Program-made: the position numbers and the translations under genes
From: Lytechinus pictus
Taxonomy: Eukaryota
DNA: 64,000 nt
NCBI RefSeq assembly: GCF_037042905.1
Contig: NC_087263.1
Span: 12,340,001-12,404,000 of the forward strand
Direction of reading: 5' to 3'
The notes under the pieces: model-generated
Database searches by the model: none
Seen by the model: only the letters and a program-made list of their open reading frames with translations
Told to the model about the DNA's origin: nothing
Shown: positions 40,209 through 51,935 of the stretch, in pieces
How positions within the stretch are numbered: the stretch's first letter is position 1
How the letters are laid out: every line of letters starts with the position of its first letter

Positions 40209-40242
40209 ACTACTACTACTATTACTACTACTACTACTACTT

Positions 40243-40299
<57 letters not shown>

Positions 40300-40400
40300 T
40301 TACTACTACTACTACTGCTACTACTACTACTACTATACTACTACTACTACTGGTGCTGCTCCTACTACTACTACTACTACTACTATTACTGCTACTACTA

Positions 40401-40432
<32 letters not shown>

Positions 40433-40502
40433 ACTACTCTTACTACTACAGCAACAACTTCTACTACTATCACAATATCAACGACAACAACAACTACTAC
40501 TG

Positions 40503-40554
<52 letters not shown>

Positions 40555-40820
40555 TACTACTACTAGTACTACTACTACTACTGCTACTACTCCTCCTACT
40601 ACAACAACAACTACTTCTTCTACTACTATCACAATAACAACTACAACTACTATTACTACTATTACTACTACTACTACTACTGCTGCTGCTACTACTACAA
40701 CAACATTTACTAGTCCTACTACTACTACTACTACTACTGCTAATTCTAATATTACCACTTCTACTTCTATTACAATAAAAACAACAACTACTTATATTAT
40801 ATTACTACTACTACTACTAT

Positions 40821-40851
<31 letters not shown>

Positions 40852-40935
40852 GCTACTACTACTACTACTATACTACTACTACTACTGGTGCTACTCCTAC
40901 TACTACTACTACTCCTACTGCTGCTGCTGCTACTA

Positions 40936-40967
<32 letters not shown>

Positions 40968-41043
40968 ACTACTCTCACTACTACAGCAACAACTTCTACT
41001 ACTATCACAATATCAACGACAACAACAACTACTACTGCTACTG

Positions 41044-41089
<46 letters not shown>

Positions 41090-41366
41090 TACTACTACTA
41101 GTACTACTACTACTACTGCTACTACTCCTCCTACTACAACAACAACTACTTCTTCTACTACTATCACAATAACAACTACAACTCCTATTACTACTACTAC
41201 TACTACTACTACCACTACTGCTGCTGCTGCTGCTGCTGCTACTACTACAACAACATTTTCTAGTCCTACTACTACTACTACTACTACTACTACTGCTAAT
41301 TCTACTATTACTATTTCTACTACTATTACAATAAAAACAACAACTACTTCTATTATATTACTACTA

Positions 41367-41398
<32 letters not shown>

Positions 41399-41425
41399 AC
41401 TACTACTCCTACTACTTCTACTATT
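39823..41425. repeat. ~1.6-kb (CTA)n-based microsatellite block containing a 535-bp internal duplication
   Basis: Near-pure CTA up to ~40334; the variant pattern ctatacta...tggtgct...atcacaatatcaacgac recurs at ~40333 and ~40868. Confidence 0.97.
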
Positions 41426-41698
41426 TCTGCCTCTTGTAGCAGTAGTGGTAGTATGATAGTATCAGTAGTAGAAGAATGCAAGTGCAAGTGAGTTTTTTTT
41501 TACATCGTCATGAATCCTATTTTACATCACAAGATGATGAAATAGGGAATGAAATAAAATGAATTGAGGAATAAAGTCAATCATACATGTTGACGATTTT
41601 CCCCTCAGTATCATATCACATCTTTCGAGACCTGTAAAACAACCCAGTGCTTTCATCCTAGACAAAAGGTGACATTTACATTATCTTGTCAAATACTC

Positions 41699-41718
41699 GT
41701 TACCATGGCAATGAGTCA
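41699..41718. promoter_or_regulatory. X-box-like GTTACCATGGCAAT overlapping an AP-1 site TGAGTCA
   Basis: Motif match only. Confidence 0.35.
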
Positions 41719-42087
41719 TCACTTGTGGAGGGGAAGAAGTTAATGGACCGTACCAGTCTTCAAAATAATTTCTAAAGACAAATTGATTGTCATGAGGGAC
41801 TACATCTCAACATTTATCATTAATTCAATTCCTTATTGATTTGATGGTTGACGAAGGCCTTCACAAATAAAATTTTATACAACGCTGTTTACAAAAATGA
41901 ACCTTACAGTAGTAGTTTAACAATTTAAACAACCATGCTTAATTTAAGAAGAATTAAGTTTTAAAAATCACACTTTGTTGTTTAAAATTGTATGTTATTG
42001 TTTAAACTGATAAGTAAAAGTTTCGCCAATGATTATCTTACATATTGAATCTTAGCAGTTAACCCTATATCAGTATATGTGAGTAAA

Positions 42088-42315
42088 TTTGTGGCATTAT
42101 TTCAAAGGTAAGTTCTTCCGAAAATTCGTTATTCCAAAGGTTCGTTAGTCCGAAAATGTAAACAAACTCTCGTTTATTTTAGGATTAACGGACTTTCGAA
42201 ATAGCGTACCTTCAAAATAATGCCACAAATGTTTGGATTAACGAAACCTTTGAAATTTTGGGACTAACAAACTTCGAGGTATTTGGAATTTACGTGTTTT
42301 GGAATAACGAGCTGC
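42088..42315. mobile_element. Degraded foldback-type MITE (ttcgttattcc/ggattaacgaa repeats)
   Basis: ~50-bp inverted repeat atttgtggcattattt.aaggta... at ~42088-42135 / ~42182-42231. Confidence 0.6.
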
Positions 42316-42383
42316 GCCGTATGCCTTCATCAGGGGCTTTTTTTTTTTTAACAAGGGAGGGTAATTATACCTGTATGTTATGC

Positions 42384-42475
42384 AGGACCCCCTGGATGAA
42401 CAGTTCATAAGAGCTGAAGTGTGTTCCCTTGGTAAATAAGAATTATTATTGTTGTTGCTGTTATTATTATTTATT
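42384..42475 (+). mobile_element. Isolated 3' end of a CR1-group (Crack/Daphne-like) LINE
   Basis: caggaccccctggatgaacagttcataagagctgaagtgtgttccctt stem-loop, then aaataa and a (TAT/TGT)n tail; related motifs at ~25975-26015 (-) and 48289-48447 (-). Confidence 0.5.
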
Positions 42476-42834
42476 GGAAAGTAAAGGCTTAGAATATCTA
42501 ACATCATGGCCAACATTCAACTTTTAACATTTTATTTTTTTCCTTTCTTATGAATTTGACAGTTGCCAGAATTCGGTTAGATGTCGATCCGTTTTATATT
42601 TTTAATGGAATAAGCAATCATAATTCCACCAGGCATATTCATATTTTACATTATTCGAATGTTGTATATTTGTTTTATTTGGAAAATAAAATAAAATGAA
42701 ATCGTGTGTAGTATCGGGTTATTTTTTCCCTGAGATATAGAGGACCTCTTATGTAATATTTAATTTCATCATAATGCCCCTCTCATTGATTTATCCAGCA
42801 AGGGCAAATAACTTTGGTTGATAAAAACCAAAAT

Positions 42835-43053
42835 CACTCTAAAAATATTTGGTAAAAGTGCTCCATGAGGGTAATTATGTGTCCAACCAACATTGGGCAT
42901 TTTTGTTTATCTAGTGTGATGAAAATTTGCCCATTCTGTTTATTAACCTTTCTGGACAATATGCTTCCCGCATTGGGTAAAATACTGCCCCAAATTGGTT
43001 GGACACGTAATTACACTCGTGGTGGTAAAATTTTACCATATATTTTTACAGTG
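42835..43053. mobile_element. CACT-terminal MITE, copy 2
   Basis: Colinear with 3548-3782 over its full length. Confidence 0.85.
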
Positions 43054-44525
43054 AAAAAAAAACCAATATTCCGCATTTATATAGCGCTTAACACATCGGA
43101 ACGACGTCTCTCAGCGCTTTACAGATATATTATTACCCATTTAAACACAATGAGGGAATCATGAATCCGATGTATATATACACTTTGCGTCTGAGTGCTG
43201 CCCAAATCTATTTGGCCTTATGTATTTCATTATTTTTGTTCACTGTTTGGGAAGGTATTGAAGAAGTTTATGACAAGTTTGAGGTACATGTAAGGCAATA
43301 AGCATGCATAGATTACCCAAGAACTATATAAACGAAAGATATTGTCATTGACAAGTCCATATAAGGAGATAATGAAATGTGCTAATGATTTCCTTTGTTC
43401 AATAAACTCTTAGAAATCTATCTCCGCTTAGCGAATTGAATAAAATAAGGAAAAAGTGGTAAATGATGTCTTTTGAATTGATAAATCGATTAGAATTGTC
43501 CTTTTTTGTTTACTTGCAGTAATGTGAAATGAGAATAAGTACCGTAATCGTATAATGCCTGGTTGCGCAAGACATGCATTTCTCCTTCCTTGACTTAGAG
43601 CGGAAAAAATTAGATAGGTATTTACAAAATTGAGAAAGAAAATGGAGTAATGTTTCTGATTTTTTATTTTCTTCATAAGACGTCCTTGAGAATTGCTTAT
43701 CAGAAAACAATGATTCATTAATAAAAAAAAAATAATACTAACGAGATCGACATGATTTTGATCAGAAGGCCTAAAATTGGTATATGAATATAATGAATTA
43801 TAAAGTTGGCGTGGAAATATCTAATTCTACACTGTCAATACCAAATAATGAAGAAAAAACAAGCACGATATTTCACTAAATTTGACAAAATAATACAAAT
43901 GTCACCCCATTGCCTAATAGATCGCTTTGGAAATCTTGTGATAAGATGAATAAAAAAAACCACTTAAAACTAAATAATACCATATAACAACCGAAACAAA
44001 AAAATCGCATTTTCATCTTGAAAATTTGTGCTTCTAATATTCGTGGTTTTCTATCATGTTGCGTCAATTGAAAGATGAAATTCTACTCTGTAAGTTTTAT
44101 GTACAAAATTTTTCGTTTTGCTTACTTCGAAGAAAAATACAAGGGATTCACAATGAAGCTACTCATAAATTTGAACAAAGTTGTCAAAACGCGAAAACGG
44201 CTTAGTCAGAGGTGAGTGAATTCGGAAATACGGCCCCGCACCCAAAGGGTTAAAAAACGTTGTATCAACATTTTAAACAGTTTTCTTTTACTGTGTATCA
44301 CCTAAAGGTAAAGAACAAACCCTGATTATAATTTTAAAAACATGTTGGTCTTGAGTTAAGCCTAAGGTGATTACTCCTTGTTTTGTCAGGAGCGAGAAAG
44401 TCCTTCAATACACAAACACTATTCAGGACATGTCGGCTCAAAAATTCAGACCGTTTTCCTCAAACAGAAGCGTCTCTACGGATGTTGTGACATTTTGTTT
44501 GGTTTTAGTTCGGTATAAATGTTTT

Positions 44526-45099
44526 GACCCTTATTCTGAACTCTGATTTAACCTAAAACCTGGGCCCCGTCTTACAAAGAGTTACGATTGATCCGATCAA
44601 TCCTTACTCCATAGAAATTCATCAGTGTCATCATATTTTCTACATGAAGTTTGCACAATGTCCTTTGTAAACAAAATGAAAATGACAGTGAATTGTCATT
44701 AAACAGTGAAATGCATGAATATACATCATAGTTAGAAATTATCTTGATCAAACATGCATGATAGATGTTGACGTTGCTGGCCGTCTATAGTTATGATTGA
44801 TCGGATTAATCACAACTCTTTGTAAGACAGGGCCCAGATCTAACTCTGTGCTAAAATTATGGGAAGCTGAAAATTAAAGAAAAACAACAAAAAAGACCCC
44901 CCCCCCAAAAAAAAAAAAAAAAAAAACGTTTGATGCCATTGTTTCTTTCTTATTTTTCTTTGCTCTTTCCCCATGAATTAATGGTGAAGAAAATGAAATT
45001 GGACTTAAGATTTAAGTCACAATTGGCTATCCATATATAGATAAATCCATATCATTTAGACCAGAGTTTAAAATCAGACCCGAGTCCTGAATACGGGCC
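44526..45099. mobile_element. PIF/Harbinger-like MITE (family of 30591-31125) with a nested insertion
   Basis: Shared tctaactctgtgctaaaa, caattggct and ccagagttta...gaatacgggcc; TTT on both flanks. Confidence 0.75.
44563..44834. mobile_element. PIF/Harbinger-like MITE inserted at a CWG site
   Basis: ~38-bp TIR ggccccgtcttacaaagagttacgattgatccgatcaa / ttgatcggattaatcacaactctttgtaagacagggcc; flanks CTG/CAG. Confidence 0.85.
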
Positions 45100-45389
45100 T
45101 TTGTGTCAGATCACGTGATGTCCCGAAGAAGTACACTCGATGAGATGATATATGAAGATGCCCCCCTTTCTTTAAACAAGGGTATAATTGTCTTACCCAT
45201 CTGAGCTGAGAGCGTGCCGAAATCAGCTTTGACGCTCCAACATCAGCACTGATGAAAAGGTCCTAATTGCTTAGCCAATCTTGTACTTTCCTCCCCTCTT
45301 CAATTTGTGTAATTACAGAGGAGTGCGCGCAGACAAGGATAGGTAGTCTGCAGACACAGGCCTTTGGTTTTCGCATAGTTCATAATATA

Positions 45390-46980
45390 GTTCAAGTTAA
45401 AGTTCAAGTTTATTTAAACCAATCAAAACAAGAGACATATTACGTAGTTCAAAAAAATGAGAATACATGATATGTTTTGGACCACATAGAAGCAGAGCGT
45501 GTGAGAGGGGCCCCTTATACAGAACATTACAGCAAGAATGAGATGAAAAAATATATTAAATGATAATCTCGAGAGTAAATAAGAAAAAAACATTCAAAAA
45601 TCCACACACACACACACACACACACGCACACATATGGTTTATCAAGATTCAATTCAAGATATTTTGTAATCTTTCAAATAAATATTTTCGAAATTAATTT
45701 TTAGATATGGGCAGTGTTGGACTGGATCTAAAGCTTTGTGGTAACTTAATCCATTCTTTGATACAAACTATCACAAAATAATTCAAAGCAGTATTTGTTC
45801 TTGCAAGTGGTTGGTGGATAAGATATTTCTGCCGTGTCTTGTACGAATGAACATTCGAGTTAACTACAAATGCATCTTTTAAAAATGAACAGTTTTGAGA
45901 GGATTGTGATATGTACATAAATATCAAACAATTGAAGGAGACTAAATCATCTAGAGGAAAATTTTCAATTGCAGAAATAAAGGAATACTTGGACATCTGT
46001 AATTCGAATATGTTATGACCCTCATAACTTTCTTCTGAAGAATTAGCAGTTTGTTTAAATGCTTCCTATATGTATTTCCCCATGCAACATTACAATAATT
46101 TAAGTGTGGCATAATAATAGCATTGTAAAGAGTCACTAAGGTCTGCTGATGTAGAGAGAAACGTAATTTATAATGACACCAACACTCCTTGATACCTTAG
46201 TACAAACATAACAGGTGATTTTTCCATGATAAATGATCATCAACTACAACTCCCAGAAACCTTACATCTTGACTTCGATTGATCTGATGGCCACCGATTG
46301 ATAATGGATTATATCTTCAGGGACTCTTTTACCCCTTGTTCTAAAGACAACATTTTGAGTTTTACTAGCATTTAATAAAAGCTTGTTGCAGCAAAACCAT
46401 TTAAATATATTTTTAATTTCATTGTTAGTTGAGAATATAAGAGTATGCATATTTTGTGATGGAAAGTAAGCAAGTATCATCTGCGAATAGTGAATAAGTA
46501 AACAATTTTGATGAATTTATACTGTCATTAATATAAATCAAGAACAATAATGGACCCAGAACCGAGCCTTGAGGTACACCACATTTAACCTCCTTAGATT
46601 GTGATTTAATTCCATTAATCATTACATACTGACATTTATTCTTTAAGTAATTTTTAAACCAACTTAAGGCTGCCCCACGACCACCATAATGCTTAAGCTT
46701 GTACAATAATATATCATGATCGATAGTATCAAATGCCTTCGATAAATCTAGCAACACACCAATACAACAATTTCCACTATCAATTGCACTTATAATGGTA
46801 TTTACTAAATTCAAAACACCCATACTTGTGGAGCATTTCTTTCGAAAGCCAAATTGTTGTGGTATCATGATATTATGAAGTTGAAGGAAACCATCCAATC
46901 TTTTGTACACTATTCTCAAGAATTTTTGAGAATATGGGTAACAACGCAATAGGTCTGTAATTGTCAATGCATTTACGATA
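45390..46980 (-). pseudogene. 5'-truncated, frameshifted CR1-group LINE (Crack/L2-like) reverse transcriptase with intact 3' end
   Basis: Consecutive minus ORFs with QFGFR, LDLSKAFDT, GVPQGSVLGPLLFLIYIND, FADDT, NKLLLNASKT, LYNAIIMPHLNYC..WG and HSYKTRQ; 3'UTR stem-loop (~45479-45514); AATAAA + (ACTTGA)n-like tail at ~45390-45415. Confidence 0.93.
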
Positions 46981-47294
46981 GAGTTTGGATTAGGGAGACT
47001 ACTGAGGTTGCTTCTTGCTCAGACATAGAGTTTTGGGGGTTTTCAGCGCGTCTCAGAAAAAAACCCCGAAACCAAGAATTATCGAGATTATCATATTTTA
47101 ATCACACATAATATACAATAGACTATAATTTGTTGTGATAATTATTTTTTTTGGTGAAAATTAGAATCTCCTCTGTCACCTTGTATAATTCATTCTCGCT
47201 TGCACTTGAGTGAGCAAAAACAATTAAGAGAAAGAGATTATTGAGATTATTAGTCATATTATGTATATTGTAGTTGTTTTGTTTGTATTATTAA

Positions 47295-47414
47295 TTTTCC
47301 CCCTCTTTTCATCCCTTATCTTTGCAGGTAAGGCTAAAAGCAAATCCTACTTAATTTATTGAGTACGATTATAATGAGATGAGTGCAGCTGTTTTAGGAA
47401 CAAACAAGGTAAGA
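47295..47414 (+). other. Candidate recursive splice site with cryptic 81-nt RS-exon, site 2
   Basis: ttttccccctcttttcatcccttatctttgCAG|GTAAGG (junction 47327/47328); downstream AAG|GTAAGA at 47409; the 81 nt between them has stops in all three frames. Confidence 0.5.
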
Positions 47415-47925
47415 TCAAACATTTTCTGAGATGATGATGATTGAAAATGATCGTGGAAATTGATCTGTCTGAAACTTCCAGAAATGAATGATTAGTAATC
47501 GCAGAGATTATTAAAAATGGCCCTTAGTCTTGCTCGGACGGTGGTATGACGTAAACAGAGATGGTAATAATAATGATATAGTCTGGAACAGGAATTTATT
47601 GTCTGACTGTCCTAGAAAGAATGAAAAAAAAAATCATCCAAGACATTATTAAAAGTGACCTTTCGTCCTGCTCGTAAAGTAGCCATATGAAAGAAAAACA
47701 CGAGATGATGATAACACTGTGGAACGGAAATTTATTTGTCTGAGTATTCCAGAAAATAATGATAATCGGCGACATCATTAAAAAATGTGGATCGAAAATG
47801 ACACTTTTATTGATTGATGTATATATTTTTACAATCAAAATGATGTACATGTACATTACGCTGCACGAAGGCAGAAGGCGCCGTGTTAACATGGACGTAA
47901 GCTATTTATCACATAACAATTTTAA

Positions 47926-48683
47926 AGGACAAGTCCACCCCAACAAAAGTTAATTTGAATAAAAAAAGAAAAATCCAACAAGCATAACACTGAAAATTTC
48001 ATCAAAATCGGATGTAAAATAAGAAAGTTATGACATTTTAAAATTTCGCTTAATTTCACAAAACAGTTAGATGCACATCCTGGTCGGTATGCAAATGAGG
48101 AGACCGATGTCATCCACTCACTATTTCTTTTGTGTTTTATAAAATATGGCATATTCTAATTTTCTCCTCATTGTCAAGTGAAACAACGATTAATTACTCT
48201 CTGAACATGTGGAATTAGCATTGTTTAATACCAAATGGTTCAGCCAAGCTGGTCCTTATTGTCAAATATGTAAAACATGAAATATTGTTTGGTTTGGTTT
48301 TATTTACTGTATAAAAATCACAATAAAACACATTGCACAAGATATGATATTAAATATAAATATGTAAACATGCACTTAAAAATATACGGATGGATCACTC
48401 TATTCAGAGCCATTGATGTAATGGCTCTGTTCTTTCTAGAGGTCCAGTTGTATAATTCAGACAATAGAAAACAAAAGAAATAGTGAGTGAGGGACATCAT
48501 CGTCTGTCTCATTTTCATGTCACTAAGTTGTGCATATCAATGTGTTTTGTGAAAAATAAGCTAAACTTTAAAATGTCATAATTTTCTTATTTATATCCGA
48601 TTTTGATGAAATTCTCAGCGTTATGCTAGTTTGATTTTTCTCTATCTATTCAAATCAACATTTTTTGGGGGTGGACTGGACCT
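47926..48683. mobile_element. Kolobok-like non-autonomous DNA transposon
   Basis: TTAA|aggacaagtccacccca ... tgggggtggactggacct|TTAA; ~200-bp imperfect TIRs. Confidence 0.92.
48289..48447 (-). mobile_element. LINE 3'-end fragment apparently inserted in the Kolobok-like element
   Basis: Perfect 10-bp stem cagagccatt/aatggctctg (48405-48429); minus-strand AATAAA + (ACCAA)n tail; ttgt on both sides. Confidence 0.5.
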
Positions 48684-50674
48684 TTAAAGTGGTATTTGGG
48701 CTAAGAGTGAACTTACACGTTTAGGTAAAATAATATCAAATGGCGTGTAATGTTTACACAATGATGTGTTAATGTGTTTGAATAAATAACCCGTGATATA
48801 AAATATATGACCCAACATTTATCTTCATGTTTTCTCTTTCTCTTAAACCAATCTTGGTTAAATTTTAACATGTCGAAGATCGGCTTAATGATGCAGTAAT
48901 ATCAATATTTTCCATTTTTGTCTTGTCTCAATCATGGTTTTAAATTTGCAACCTTAAATAGATCTTTTCGTTAAATGTATATTATTGTGGCTCTGTCTGC
49001 GGTCTTCTTACCGCCAACACTAATTAGGAAAAGTATCAAAATTTATGAATAATATATGTTTTTATGTTTATTTGTGTTCATTCTATATATATAAGCTTGT
49101 ATTTTTGTAATTGTCTGTGACATGCAGTATATGTTAATAATAATCATATATGGTTACATTTTTTACAGTCTTATAATCTCTCCTGAATAATAGAAACACG
49201 AAACAGTTATGTGGCTCTACTTTATAAAACTGTACATTTTAAAACATTTGAGCAAACAGAAAACAATGTACGTGACTAAAAAGGCAATTTGTTATAGAAT
49301 CACCTATGCGTAAAAAGACAAATAACGATCAGAAGATGTATTTTGCTTGTTGTAACCTATCCAATGGCCGTTTCTTTTGGTTTGACTACTAGTATTTAAG
49401 ACTGCATTCACTTCGCTCCAGAGCGTATTATAGGACATATCTATTCTAGTTGAAATGTCACTCCCATTTTCATCTGTCACTTTGGGGACACATTTTTTAG
49501 GCCAGAAAGATGTTTTCTCAGCTGGGCAAATTCCCAAGATTGGCCAGACTGACGATGACGGATGTTTCTGATGAACTTTAAATGTTGGCACATTCAGCCT
49601 TTTCGCAAAGCATTCTCCAATAGAGGAGAATTATTCGAAAGTGCGTCGAATTTTGTAGAATTGACATCGTGAAATAAAAAAATGCATTGCGTTTGCCCTA
49701 TCCCCAAAAAGGAACGCAACAATAGAAATATATGAATGAATAGAAATAAGTGGAAGTAAAAATGGATGAATAATAAATAAGTACAAGAGAATGAAATGAA
49801 AAATAAAAGACACACACAATATTTTCACCGGTATTTAAACGGTTTATTGCAACAAGGGTATCTATAGCGACTGAAAAGCCGAATTGCATAACCCTTTACA
49901 AACATTTACATCAAAATACATTCAACATAAAATAAAAAAGCTAAATTTACATGAATTCTACATTCATAAGAAACATCAAAACCCATAAAAACACGGGGAC
50001 TTATTTATTAGATTGTGACATGCATCCCCGTCATGATAAACCAAAATTGGAAATACATGCGGCCAAATAACATAGAAACAATGCGTTCTGACCATAAATA
50101 TATAATATACTAATACATGCATCTCTATGGTTCTGAGTAACCAGCTTCAGCATAACAGCGCCCTCGAAAGTATGGAAAAGAAAAACAAAAGACAAAAAAA
50201 AAAAAAACTTACATACTTAAGATATCAAAAGGAATACAAATAACAAACATGTTTAAAGATCTATAAATCAAGCATTAACACACATTAATGTGGTTATAAG
50301 AAAGGGTGAAATTAAATTGCCTATTAAATAGCATGAAAGAGAACAGATGTTGTGTTTTGTCGAATAATGGGCGTACAAGTCTTACGTATACAGTGCTAAT
50401 TAATGGAGTTGCTTTTATTTTGTAGTTTGCTGCCCTCTCGAGATATGGATTTTACAGTTTATTTAAATGATGTTCACGATGGCATAGACTTGACTATAAA
50501 ACTACATTTAAAATAATACATGTACTTTCCCTGCTTGCTTTCACTTGCGTCAGTATGATAAAAAAATCCATGTTGTAAAAATGTCTGACAAGAATGTCTC
50601 CCTCTTTTGACAGCTATATGTCAGGTGTATTTGCTCGGAAGAATCAGTATGGAGGAGAAAATGGGCAGCTGCTG

Positions 50675-50688
50675 GTTGCCATGGCAAT
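50675..50688. promoter_or_regulatory. RFX X-box-like GTTGCCATGGCAAT
   Basis: 13/14 match to the perfect palindrome; adjacent CAGCTG E-box. Confidence 0.4.
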
Positions 50689-51189
50689 ATTCTGTACGAC
50701 CAAGGTGCTCTGATAGATGACACACTGACTAGAGAGACTTTTCTTTAGAGATCTCCAGCATCTATTAAAGGGTGTTTTTTATCATTCTTTTTAAACCGTT
50801 ATTAACTTAGAGCTAGTATAGCATTATGTCTATTAGATCCCTCGTGGGATTACTGAGTGGCATATTAGAGATGGCATCTATATCACCGTGCTTCTTTGAT
50901 GTCGGCGGTTTTCAGGAAAGGTCAATTCTGACAACAAAAAGACATATTATTATTTCGGTTCCATTCTCTTCAAATACAAAGGAATGACAGATTCGACCAG
51001 CGCAAGATAGGCTTTTTATTTCCTGAAAATAAAAAATGAGATAATTTGGAAAAGGAAGGGGGGCAGAGAGTGGAAGGGAGGAGAGACATGGATACATGCA
51101 TGAGGGGATAGAGAGAAAAAGACATAGAGAGAGAGAAAGGGGGGGGGGATTGCAAAGCTTGACTGCAACCCCGCAAAACAATTACAAAT

Positions 51190-51545
51190 TATTATACTAC
51201 CTACGTGCTTACCTCGGTGATTTAATTTAGAAATATCAACCCCGTCGAAATAATCTTCGTTCACAATCAAAGGATATACTCTCTGAAATACGAGTAAAGT
51301 CCAAGACTTCTGGTGATAGAGCTTTTGGGAAAATTGCACCAAAATTGTAGAAAAATCTACCTAATAATATAAGATTATTAACATATTTTGACAGATTCAA
51401 ATCTGTGTGAAAAACATATCTTTTTAAGAAACACATGTATTAACCCTATAGAATTTTTTTTATTCTTCTACACGCATAGAGACTATTTATATATATGGTA
51501 TTATGCGTCTATAAGAACTGCTTATTATCATTTTTATTATTACTT
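51190..51545 (+). pseudogene. Decayed L2 LINE ORF2 C-terminus and 3' tail
   Basis: + frame reads YLGDLI*KYQPRRNNLRS...KTSGDRAFGKIAPKL*KNLPNNIR...FKSV*KTYLFK, then gcgtctataagaact + (TAT)n. Confidence 0.85.
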
Positions 51546-51650
51546 CTACTATCTCAAAGTAAGAGTGCAGGTACAGAATGGGGGGGGGGGGGGTGTGCTG
51601 AGAAGGGAGCTGAGGAAGGTACATTTTGACATGTAACTAGGAGAGAGATA

Positions 51651-51935
51651 CACTAATAAAAAACCGTGATTTTACAGAAAAAAAAGAAATAATTTTTTGC
51701 AGAAAGCAATAACAGAATCATTCTGTAAATTCATAAAACAGGAATTTTTCTGCAATCTAACAGAACAGGTCTGTTTAAAAAGGGGAAAATTGTGTTTTAT
51801 TTAAGGAAATCTGTAAGATTCCGTACACCAAATACCACTTTCCTGCAAGATTGCGCAATCTGGTAAGATTACAGGTGTTCTCGAGACTCTGCTGCAGGAA
51901 CTTCTTTTATTTTAAGGATAAATTTTCTAACAGTG
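51651..51935. mobile_element. CACT...AGTG MITE with TA TSD inside a GA tract
   Basis: ta|cactaataaaaa ... ttttctaacagtg|ta; the GA microsatellite resumes on both sides. Confidence 0.7.

Noticed and set aside
39781..41215. Poly-Leu/Val/Tyr ORFs and a possible mucin-like poly-Thr frame
   Set aside because: Translations of a (CTA)n microsatellite; phase shifts near 40080, 40208 and 40334 break any continuous frame
43430..44253. piggyBac-like element ending ...cccaaaggg|TTAA
   Set aside because: Only one plausible terminus seen; no matching left end or TSD could be placed
45344..47001. LINE inserted in an Academ-like MITE (tagtctgc ... gagacta)
   Set aside because: Flanking 9-mers do not match and the similarity is too short
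49304..49889. Cluster of short minus-strand ORFs as a transposase relic
   Set aside because: No motif recognised; a tBLASTx/HMM search would be needed
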